A stretch of 22,291 bases of DNA from Octopus sinensis. Lineage: Eukaryota. The position numbers were made by a program, and so were the translations under genes. The number at the start of each line of letters is the position of its first letter. Position 1 is the first letter of the stretch. Below, one piece after another: positions 10,745 to 20,050 of this stretch. The DNA lies in contig NW_021836917.1 in NCBI RefSeq assembly GCF_006345805.1, positions 1 through 22,291 on the forward strand, written 5' to 3'. The notes beneath the pieces were generated by a model. The model did no database searches. It worked only from the letters and a program-made list of their open reading frames with translations, and had not been told where the DNA came from.

Positions 10745-11130
10745 TGGAGGCGCAATGGCCCAGTGGTTAGGGCAGCCGGACTCGCGGTCAGGATTGCGGT
10801 TTCGATTCCCAGACCGGGCGTTGTGAGTTTTTTATGAGCGAAAACACCTAAAAGCTCCACGAGCCTCCGGCAAGGGATGGTGGTGATCCCTGCTTGTACT
10901 ATTCACCACAACTTTCTCTCACTCTTACTTCCTGTTTCTGTTGTACCTGTATTTCAAAGGGCGGCCTTGTCACTCTCTGTGTCACGCTGAATATCCCCGA
11001 GAAATACGTTAAGGGTACACGTGCCTGTGGAGTGCTCAGCCACTTATACGTTAATTTCATGAGCAGGCTGTTCTGTTGATTCGGATCAACCGGAACCCTC
11101 GTCGTCGTAACCGACGGAGTGCTTCCATTC
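10745..11130 (+). mobile_element. tRNA-derived SINE, family 4
   Basis: A-box TGGCCCAGTGG, B-box-like GGTTTCGATTCC. Its 3' part (TGTGGAGTGCTCAGCCAC...GTAACCGACGGAGTG) recurs in decayed form at ~20140-20355. Confidence 0.7.
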
Positions 11131-11146
11131 CATCCATATATATATA

Positions 11147-11995
11147 TGAGGGGCGTTCAATAAGTAATGCCCCTGACCCACTTCCTATAGCAGTAGAGCA
11201 ACGAAACTTGGCACAGTTATTAGTCTTTTTCTACATAGGAACCACCCAGAGTTACGCATTTCTCCCATCGTTTGATGCAGCTCTGGAGACCGTTTTTATA
11301 GAAGACCCCAGCTTGGTCCTCCAACCACGACGTGACTACAGAAATCAAGGCTTCATCATCTGGGAAACACTTTTGAAAAAGGTTGACTCATCTTCTTGGC
11401 ACATCTCCAAATTCATCCTCGAGCACTCGACGCGTTCTTGCTTCTGGAAAGGTGTGAGCAACCTCGGAATCCATCTGGGAGACACCTTTTGCATATGCAA
11501 ATGGTCATGAATGATAGTTTCCAAAGACCCAGTACTAATCTTGACCTCATGGTCTATTTGACGAATAGTTATGCGTCGATCTTCCAAAATGGCAGCCTCA
11601 ACTTGACGGACAGATACCTCATCAATGGCAGAAGGGGGGGCGACCAGATCTGGGAGCTGTTTCCACAGAGTTCCGACCGTGTTTGAATTCACGATGCCAG
11701 CGTTTTACAAGGTCATATGATGGGGCATCATCACCATAAGTTACTTTCATTTCATCAAAAGTCTCCCGTGGTGTGCGTCCTTTCAAATACAAAAACCGGA
11801 TCACTACTCGACACTCAACAGGCTCCATTTCACACTTGACTCAGTTCAAACACATGTAAATCAGAAACCACAATTAGTTCAGAGCTGTAATTTGCCACCT
11901 AATCTATAGAGATATAAGTAATTGCACATGCAAAATTTCAGCTAGATCAAACAACTGCAAGTGGGTCAGGGGCATTACTTATTGAACGTTCCTCG
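11147..11995 (-). mobile_element. Internally deleted Tc1/mariner (mariner-type) DNA transposon
   Basis: 37-bp TIRs (GAGGGGCGTTCAATAAGTAATGCCCCTGACCCACTT..., 3 mismatches) and TA duplications at 11145-46 and 11996-97. The minus strand encodes the HTH region (MEPVECRVVIRFLYLKG...RSGRP; RWIPRLL) and the C-terminus (FYKNGLQSCIKRWEKCVTLGGSYVEKD*); the catalytic DDD domain is absent. Confidence 0.9.
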
Positions 11996-12370
11996 TATAT
12001 ATCTAAATTTTGTACGACTCTATCATTCTTTTTATTCTTTCATTCTTTCCTTCTTTCCTATCAGCCTCTTCGCACTTCATTCATTCCACTCTTCGTCTTT
12101 CGTTCCTCCTCTCTCACATTTCATGGCTTCTCTTCATGCTCGCCTTCCCTCTTACACTTCACTCTGTCCCTTTCATTTTTTCTAGCCCCTCCTTAATTCT
12201 TCTATCCATCTGCCTCTACCTCTCTCTCTCTTCTCTCCCCATGTGGCCGGTGTTCATCCAAGCCCGACCTTTCTTTCTTGGTTCGACTACCATCCTTGCA
12301 ACATCTATATTCCTCCCTCTGCTGGTCAAATCTTATGTCTCTATATATATATATATATGCGTGTGTGTGT

Positions 12371-12990
12371 GCAGGAGTGGCTGTGTGGTAAGTAGCTTGT
12401 TTACCAACCACATGGTTCCAGGTTCAGCCCCACTGTGTGGCACCTTGGCCAAGTGTCTTCTACTATAGCCTCAGGTCGACCAAAGCCTTGTGAGTGGATT
12501 TGGTAGATGGAAACTGAAAGAAGCCCGTCGTATGTATATATATATGTATGTGTGTGATGTTTGTGTGTCTGTGTTTGTCCCCCTAGCATTGCTTGACAAC
12601 AGATGCTGGTGTGTTTACGTGTGGTAAGTAGCTTGCTTACCAACCACCTGGTTCCGGGTTCAGTCCCACTGTATGGCATCTTGGGCAAGTGTCTTCTACT
12701 ATAGCCTCGGGCTGACCAAAGCCTTGTGAGTGGATTTGGTAGACGGAAACTGAAAGAAGCCCGTCGTATGTATGTATATATATATGTATGTGTATGTGTG
12801 TCTTTGTGTGTTTGTCCCCCCAACATCACTTGACAACCAGTGCTGGTGTGTTTACGTCCCCGACACTTAGCGGTTCGGCAAAAGAGACCGATAGAATAAG
12901 TACTGGGCTTACAGAGAATAAGTCCTGGGGTCGATTTGCTCGACTAAAGGCGGTGCACCAGCATGGCCTCAGTCAAATGACTGAAACAAA
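12371..12990 (+). mobile_element. Family 1 SINE dimer (3'-truncated copy followed by a 5'-truncated copy)
   Basis: The head sequence GTGGTAAGTAGCTTG restarts at ~12621; only the second copy has the tail. Confidence 0.8.
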
Positions 12991-13749
12991 TAATAGGATA
13001 AAAAAATAATAAAAGTAATGGGTAAAACTATATTAAACATACCATATGCAAATTAGCCAACTTCAGAAACAGGGTCTGTTTACTCAATATGTGGAGCAGT
13101 ATATGGTATAATATTACACAATATTGTCGGCTTTCTGGGAATTCCGGAATTCTGTAAACCGGATAAGAAGTCCTGTACTACATTTTAAAACGTGAAAAAC
13201 GAGCCAAAGGAAAAAAAAGAGAAAAAAATTAATCAGGAAAAGACAACTACGCAAAATTTTGTAAGAGTTGTTTCCCTTGATAATTTTTGCAATAATTTTT
13301 ATGGTCTTTTTTTTTATGAGATTTAAAGGCGATTTTTCGTTAATATTTTAGCGAAAACCGAATTCTTCTAATATTTGTTTAACCCTAGGTCAACTAGTCC
13401 TGGTCGATCGGACAAGTTTCTGGTGAAATTTTTTTTTTTTATAATTGCTGGTGTTGGATGTAAGGGGACATATTTTACAATAACATTAGCCAAAATGGTC
13501 CTTTCCATTTTTATGTAGTATATAGGACTTGAGAGGGATTTGACTGCCATTTCCAGCTCAGCGTGTCGAATGGTAACATAGAGGCTCCTTTATTACTTTG
13601 TAGTAGTCGTAGATCAGTAGTATTGAGCAGAATATTTGCTGTAGCCCATCTTTTAATACCAAGACAAAACAATGTAGATGATAACACTTCCAATCAGTTA
13701 AGATCAGAAGCCACGAGAACCACTGCCTGGTACTGCATCAGGGCTTTTG

Positions 13750-14364
13750 TTGTTAGCACACTGGGCGAAATGCTTAGCGGTATTTCTTCTGCCACTACGT
13801 TCTGAGTTCAAATTCCGCCGAGGTCGACTTTGCCTTTCATCCTTTCGGGGTTGATTAAATAAGTACCAGTTACGCACTGGAGTCGATATAGTCCACTTAA
13901 TTCGTTTGTCTGTCCTTCTTTGTCCCCTCTGTGTTTAGCCCCTTGTGGGTAGTAAAGAAATAGGTATTTCGTCTGCTGCCACGTTCTGAGTTCAAATTCC
14001 ACCGAGGTTGACTTTGTCTTTCATCCTTTTGGAGTCAATTAGATAAGTATCAGCTATGTACTGGGGTTGATGTAATCGACTTAATCCCTTAATTTGAGGC
14101 CTTTTGCTTCCAGTAGAAAGGATTATTATTATCATTGTTATTAAGGCAGCAAGCTGGCAGAACGGTTAGCATGCTGGGCAAAATGTTCCGTGGCATTTAA
14201 TCTGTTTTTACGTTCTCAGTTCAAATTCTGCTGGGGTCAGCTTTGCCTTTCAGTCTTTTGGCATTGATAAAATAAGTACCACTGAGGTTGATTTAATCAA
14301 CTTATTCCCTCCCCTAAAATTGCTGGCCTTGTGCCAAAATTTGAAAGCATCATTATTATTGTTG

Positions 14365-14399
<35 letters not shown>

Positions 14400-14550
14400 T
14401 TTTCCTGAGTTCAAATTCCACCGAGGCTGATGTCACCTTTCATCCTTTCGGGGTCGATTAAATAAATACCAGTTATGCACTGGGCTTGATGTAATTGACT
14501 TAACATCCCCCCCCCCCCCAAGTTGCCCTTGTGGCAAAAATTTGAAATCA
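13750..14550 (+). mobile_element. Cluster of family 2 SINE copies and fragments upstream of exon 3
   Basis: GAGTTCAAATTC...CTTTCATCCTTT core repeated at ~13800, ~13985, ~14215 and ~14405. Confidence 0.75.
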
Positions 14551-14580
14551 TTATTATCATAATTTTAAACTTTATTACAG

Positions 14581-14692
14581 ACACCACCAGTAAGTCATAC
14601 TGTAAAACATGCCACATGCATCGTCCACCTCGGTCATTCCACTGCAGCCACTGTGGTCACTGTGTACGGCGAATGGATTTCCATTACAGTTG
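14581..14692 (+). CDS. ZDHHC21: ZDHHC21-like exon 3 (cysteine-rich domain; DHHC motif present as DFHY)
   Basis: tttattacAG acceptor and TG|GTGAGT donor; 112 bp, phase 1 to phase 2. Reads (D)[36 protein letters not shown](W), versus ZDHHC21 [32 protein letters not shown]. Too short to appear in the ORF track. Confidence 0.93.
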
Positions 14693-14739
14693 GTGAGTAT
14701 TGTTTATGAAATACTTTTTGAAACCTTTATTATTATCAC

Positions 14740-15310
14740 TCCGTGCCGGTGACACGTAAAAAGCACCATCCATTCGTGGCCGTTGCCAGTCTCGCTAGGC
14801 CCCTGTGCCGGTGGCACATAAAAAGCACCATCCGTTCGTGGCCGTTACCAGTCTTGCCTGGCCCCCGTGCCGGTGGCACGTAAAAAGCACCGTCCGTTCG
14901 TGGCTGTTGCCAGCGCTGCCCCGACTGGCCTCCATGCCGGTGACACGTAAAAAGCACCATCCGTTCGTGGCCGTTGCCAGTCTCGCCAGGCCCCCGTGCC
15001 GGTGGCACGTAAAGAGCACCATCCGTTCGTGGCTGTTGCCAGCGCCGCCCCGACTGGTCTCCGTGCCAGTGGCACGTAAAAATACCATCCGTTCATGGCC
15101 GTTTGCCAGCTCCGTCTGGCTCCTGTGCGGGTGGCACGTAAAAAGCACCCACTACACTCGCGGAGTGGTTGGCGTTAGGAAGGGCATCCAGCTGTAGAAA
15201 CACTGCCAGATCAGACTGGGCCTGATGCAGCCTTCTGGCTTCCCAGACCCCAGTTGAGCCGTCCAACCCATGCTAGCATGGAAAACGGTCGCTAAATGAT
15301 GATGATGATT
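14740..15310 (+). mobile_element. Family 3 element with an internal 62/67-bp minisatellite (7 unit starts)
   Basis: GTGCCGGTGGCACGTAAAAAGCACC units start at 14743, 14805, 14867, 14934, 14996, 15063 and 15125, followed by the family 3 tail ending (GAT)n. Confidence 0.8.
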
Positions 15311-15331
15311 ATTATTATTATTGTTATTATT

Positions 15332-16120
15332 GAGTGAGAGAGCAGTGCATGCCATCAAAGTGACACTGGGGTAAAATATACGAAGCCCAGTATACCCATC
15401 ATGACTACCCATCTGATAAGGGTACACCAGGCACATGCATCACAACCATATGTGCGCGACATGGTGATCTTATATCATGATAAACAGTGCATGACCTTGC
15501 AGGTGGGGCCCAGTTAGAATTTTCTTCTGGTCGAGTAGCACATCCTGCTCAAAAGGTCCCTGAATAAGGATTGTTTAAGGATGTTGAATGAAACACCCAT
15601 GTTTCCGGTGGTGAATTATTCAAACCTCAAAGAATACCTCTCAACACATGGCTATGATGCTCCCCCACTACTTCTGCTCGTGATCAGAGATGCACACATC
15701 GTCAGCCACTAAGGGACATAATCAACTGGTTAAGGTCAAACAACTGACAAGCAAATCTGTGGTGTTGAGCAGAATATTTGCTGTAACCCATCTTTTATAC
15801 CAAGACAAAACAATGTACATGATGACACTTCCAATCAGTTAAGATCAGAAGCATGAGAGCCCTGCCTGGTACGCATCAGTGCATTTGCTCATTTACTTCT
15901 GCTCATGATCAGAGCATTGCACATATTGTCAAGCCACTAAGGGCCATGTCTACTGGAATTAAGGTCAAACCACTGACAACAAGTATAATCTGTGGTACTT
16001 GAGCAGATAGTTACTGTCGCCCATCTTTATACCAAGAGAAAACAATGTACATGATTGACACTTCCAATCAGTTAAGATCCAAGCCATGAGAGCCACTGCC
16101 TGGTTACTGCATCAGGGCAA
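15332..16120. repeat. Unclassified ~550-bp interspersed repeat plus a noisy tandem copy of its last ~230 bp
   Basis: 15891-16120 repeats ~15670-15883 with many indels; a further fragment lies at ~13620-13745. Confidence 0.65.
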
Positions 16121-16387
16121 TTATATCATTTATTCATTTCTCATATCATCATCATCAAGGCACCAAGCATTTTGCTCAGCAAAATGCTTGGTGGCATCTC
16201 ATCTGTCTTTAAGCTCTGAGTTCAAGTCATGCTGAAGTTGACTTTTGTACATACATTTAGTATAATACATAGATGCCTATTTTCATTTAATGTTGTTTAA
16301 ATTCACAGAGAAAAAAGATAATTCAATATTAATATTTTTCTTTTTTCTTTCATTTTTCAACCAATCAAAAAACAATTTAAAAAACAG

Positions 16388-16525
16388 GCTGAACAACGTG
16401 TCGGTGAGGATAATCACCACATCTTCCTCCTGACAATTATATACACCCTGTTTTTCTGCATCACTACGCTCATTTTGACTGTTCTACATTTCTACTATTA
16501 TCCCAAATGTATAACCTGTGATAAG
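16388..16525 (+). CDS. ZDHHC21: ZDHHC21-like exon 4 (end of CRD + TM3), with an apparent 1-bp deletion at ~16397/16398
   Basis: aaacAG acceptor and AAG|GTATGT donor. G CTG AAC AAC GT GTC GGT GAG GAT AAT CAC gives (W)LNN-x-VGEDNHHIFLLTIIYTLFFCITTLILTVLHFYYYPKCITCDK, versus ZDHHC21 WINNCVGEDNHWLFL...CHYYYFLP. The exon is 138 bp; 139 bp are needed to link phase 2 to phase 0. Confidence 0.88.
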
Positions 16526-16554
16526 GTATGTATAAATTTTATATAAATCGAAAT

Positions 16555-16913
16555 CGAATTGAACCAGCCAGGATCCCTGGTCTGGTGGTACGTAAAAAGC
16601 ACTATCCGACTCATGGCCGATGCCAGCGCCACCTCGACTGGCTTCCGTGCCGGTGGCACATAAAATACACCAATCTGACCGTGGCCGTTGCCAGCCCCGC
16701 CTGGCACCTGTGCAGGTGGCACGTAAAAAGCACCCACTACACTCACGGAGTGGTTGGCGTTAGGAAGGGCATCCAGCTGTAGAAACATTGCCAAATTAGA
16801 CTGGAGCCTGGTGCAGCCTTCTGGCTTCCCAGAACCCCGGTCGAACCGTCCAACCCATGCTAGCATGGAGAACGGACGTTAAACGACGATGATGATGATG
16901 ATGATGATGATGA
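16555..16913 (+). mobile_element. Family 3 element
   Basis: Minisatellite-like units plus the tail ending (GAT)n; begins ~30 bp after the exon-4 donor. Confidence 0.78.
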
Positions 16914-16915
16914 TA

Positions 16916-17120
16916 TGAAGGGAGTGCTGAAAACTTCCTGGCTTTAAGGGTATCACAAAAGGCCTGGTTGTAGACCCAACCTTCTGAATTCTTTTACATT
17001 GCTTAGCAAAACTGAAGGACCACTGCAATAAGTGTGTAAATCACGGATAAAATCATAATTAACTGATCCTCCTGTAATTTCTTCTACCCAAAGCTAGGAA
17101 CCTTTCAGCACTTCTTTGTG
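16916..17120. mobile_element. Mariner-like MITE, decayed
   Basis: Imperfect ~30-bp TIRs (GGGAGTGCTGAAAACTTCCTGGCTTT / AAAGCTAGGAACCTTTCAGCAC) with TA on both sides. Confidence 0.55.
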
Positions 17121-17143
17121 TATGTATATGTGTATATATAAAT

Positions 17144-17530
17144 AATTAATTGTTATCACCATATTAATATGGCAGTCTTATAGATATAAGACTAAAAGCT
17201 GTCGCTGATTAGCTCCATGAGGCCATCGCCTTAAGATAGCTATTTGACACACAAACTGTGTCCATTACAACCTTCGAACAAGGGAGGTCAGCCGCTTCAC
17301 ACTGCCAGTCAGACAGCTACAGACGCTTTTCAGGGTATTTGCCCTTTGTCAATGTAGCGTAGTCGACCCAGCAGGTGTCGCCACTGATCGTCTCTGTTCG
17401 AAGGTTTTATTTACCTAGTTTCGGTGTCAAATAGCTATCTTAAGGCGATGGCCTCATGGAGCTAATCAGCGACAGCTTTTAGTCTTATATCTATAAGACT
17501 GCCATATTAATATGGCGATAACAATTAATT
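17144..17530. repeat. Fold-back element with 107-bp inverted arms
   Basis: 17144-17250 and 17424-17530 are reverse complements at 106 of 107 positions; a further 12-bp pair at 17269-17280/17395-17406 lies in almost the same register. Confidence 0.9.
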
Positions 17531-17809
17531 TCCAGTAACGCTGCCGTAATCTCTTTTAGAGAGACTTAGTTATTTTAATATTTCTATATATAAATAGATA
17601 TATTAATATATTTAGCTATAGGGTATGAGAGGTATTGGTGTCAAGAAGACCCTAAAAGTGTCCGGTAATGCTAAGTAAGTGCAAAGGATATATGGATAGA
17701 CCATGATTAAGCTCCAGGTTTGATAAAGATACGAGTGAGGTGTCCAATGTGGGTCATGTATTAGCATGTATATATATACTTAGTGCTTAAGGAGACCTAT
17801 TGAGTCAAG

Positions 17810-18108
17810 TACATGAACATCGAAATAAATATCAATGGAAATAGTAGTTGTGATACCTGTGCCGGTGGCACATAATAAGCACCATCCAAACGTGGCCGTT
17901 GCCAGCGCCACCTTGACTAGCTTCTGTGCCGGTGGCACATAAAAAGCACCCACTACACTCGCGGATTGGTTGGCGTTAGGAAGGGCATCCAGCTGTAGAA
18001 ACACTGCCAGATGAGACAGGAGCCTGGTGCAGCCCCTGGCTTCCCAGACCCCGGTCGAACCGTCCAACCCGTGCTAGCGCGGAAAACGGACGTTAAACGA
18101 TGATGATG
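17810..18108 (+). mobile_element. Family 3 element
   Basis: Same unit and (GAT)n tail as the other copies. Confidence 0.75.
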
Positions 18109-18117
18109 AACAAGTCC

Positions 18118-18280
18118 TGAGTTTTCAGAACATTTATAAAGCAAAAGTCTTACAGTTGTTTCCGTGATATTTTATATATCCCTTCATCAGAGACAGTGTG
18201 AGTATATCTCATGAAGGGATATATAAAATATCCTGGAAACAACTGTAAGACTTTTGCTTTATAAATGTTCTGAAAACTCA
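18118..18280. repeat. 70-bp inverted duplication of a hammerhead-bearing pseudo-LTR fragment
   Basis: 18118-18187 pairs with 18211-18280 (2 mismatches) around a 23-nt loop. Confidence 0.85.
18147..18194 (-). ncRNA. Type I hammerhead ribozyme motif
   Basis: Minus strand GTCT-CTGATGA-A-GGGATAT-ATAAA-ATATCAC-G-GAAAC-AACT-GTA-AGAC: stem I GTCT/AGAC, intact core, GUA triplet, one mismatch in stem II. Confidence 0.65.
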
Positions 18281-18328
18281 TTACAGCCTTGGATTTTTTA
18301 TTTCATTCTGTCAGCTTATATATATATA

Positions 18329-18660
18329 CTCTCTTACTCTTTTACTTGTTTCAGTCATTTGACTGTGGCCATGCTGGAGCACCACCTTTAGTCGAGCTAT
18401 TCAACCCCAGGACTTGTTCTTTGTAAGCCTAGCACTTCTATCGGTCTCTTTTGCCGAACCGCTAAGTTATGGGGACGTAAACACACCAGCATCGGTTGTC
18501 AAGCGATATTGGGGTTAGGGTTAGGAAGGGCATCCAGCTGTAGAAACTCTGCCAGATCAAGATTGGAGCCTGGTGCAACCATCTGGTTCGCCAGTCCTCA
18601 GTCAAATCGTCCAACCCATGCTAGCATGGAAAGCGGACGTTAAACAATGATGATGATGAT
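18329..18660. mobile_element. Family 1 SINE tail (minus, 18329-18514) fused to a family 3 tail (plus, 18521-18660)
   Basis: Both segments match the other copies in the window. Confidence 0.75.
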
Positions 18661-18735
18661 ATTATAAATTTTATTGGTAAAATACTTTTCTGGGAACGAA
18701 TTACAATTTGTAACATTGCTACTATGGGTACTATA

Positions 18736-18900
18736 GGCGCAGGAGTGGCTGTGTGGTAAGTAGCTCGCTTACCAACCACATGGTTCCGGGTTCAGTCCCA
18801 CTGTGTGGCATCTTGGGCAAGTGTCTTCTGCTATAGCCTCGGGCCGACCGAAGCCTTGTGAGTGCATTTGGTAGACGGAAACTGAAAGAAGCCTGTCGTA

Positions 18901-18945
<45 letters not shown>

Positions 18946-19166
18946 TTGTGTTTGTGTGTCTGTGTTTGTCCCCCTAGCATTGCTTGACGACCGATGCTGG
19001 TGTGTTTATGTCCCCGTTACTTAGCGGTTCGGCAAAAAGAGACCGATAGAATAAGTACTGGGCTTACAAAAGAATAAGTCTCGGGGTCGAGTTGCTCGAC
19101 TAAAGGCGGTGCTCCAGCATGGCTGCAGTCAAATGACTGAAACAAGTAAAAGAGAGAGTAAAGAGA
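18736..19166 (+). mobile_element. Family 1 SINE, full length
   Basis: GGCGCAGGAGTGGCTGTGTGG head through the (GTAAAAGA)-type tail. Confidence 0.87.
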
Positions 19167-19315
19167 GGTAATTACTGCTCTGTTTTATGATTTTTCCCTT
19201 TATGAGCGGTCTCTGGGAGCAAATTAATTAATGTATGTAGGCACTACTGTATATATCTGTTGAAAAAATCTCTATTTCACATTCATTATAATGTTGTTAA
19301 TTTATCTCTTCCCAG

Positions 19316-19432
19316 CAAATATTTTACATAAAACACAGTATCTGGTTTATATACACCCTAAACGTCATCTTGATCTACGGCCTGTTCCAATCCCTCATCA
19401 TGTTCGTCGTACAACATCTAAACATAATTATG
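19316..19432 (+). CDS. ZDHHC21: ZDHHC21-like exon 5 (TM4)
   Basis: ctcttcccAG acceptor and ATG|GTGAGT donor; 117 bp, phase 0 to phase 0. Reads QIFYIKHSIWFIYTLNVILIYGLFQSLIMFVVQHLNIIM, resembling ZDHHC21 LFVFRHEL...FYTQLIGIIT. Confidence 0.88.
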
Positions 19433-19552
19433 GTGAGTAGACAACCTTCTTCTATCATACGATTTGGGTTTGTCCTTTATCGATAGTTAAATGGTCAAGC
19501 AGTGGGTGGGTCACTTTTTGCTCGTGGGTGACAAGGTAATATTATTTTTTTT

Positions 19553-20050
19553 TTTTACTTGTTTCAGTCATTTTGACTGCGGCCATGCTGGAGCACCGCC
19601 TTTAATCGGGCAACTCGATCCCGGGACTTATTCTTTGTAAGCCCAGTACTTAGTCTATCGGTCTCTTTTGCCGAAACTGCCTAATTGACCGGCACGGCAC
19701 GTAACACCACACAGACACACACAACACAACAAAATGTTTAGTATACACAATGGGCTAGTCGCGTGCCGCTCCAACATCGACCAAGACACACACAACACAC
19801 CCAAGACCACAGTGGGATAACAACTGTGGTTACATACAAGCTACTACACATCACAGTCCACGCCTAATTTAGGTTCTATACTGATCACTTCGAACCGGAG
19901 TGAGACGCAACATTCCGCGTGTTATGCGAAAAGGAAGTCATTAAGGATCGACCCGGGGTATAGCAGAAGACACTTTTTGCCCAAGCATTCAGACCCACGC
20001 AAGCCTTCTCACTCTCCGGACTTGTACCCGGACCGACGTTTTGCCATGGG
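19553..20050 (-). mobile_element. Family 1 SINE with a recognisable tail (19553-19680) and a scrambled remainder
   Basis: The tail is clear. GGGGTATAGCAGAAGACACTTTT.GCCCAAG at ~19955-19985 is a corrupted head segment. Confidence 0.55.

Noticed and set aside
10745-10820. tRNA gene (also at the heads of family 1 and 2 repeats)
   Set aside because: Only A/B boxes are present, with no full cloverleaf, and they continue into multi-copy SINE bodies.
10080-10860. ORFs of 83-134 aa rich in Y/I/M/C (similar ones at 844-1357, 8171-8798, 12010-13009, 21350-22232)
   Set aside because: Translations of microsatellites, pyrimidine tracts or non-coding SINEs.
18511-18525. GGGGTTAGGGTTAGG as interstitial telomeric repeat
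   Set aside because: Only two units, formed at the junction of two SINE fragments.
19813-19835. TGGGATAACAACTGTGGTT resembling a WINNCVG-coding exon
   Set aside because: No suitable acceptor or downstream homology, and it lies in corrupted SINE sequence; the real exon is at 16388-16525.
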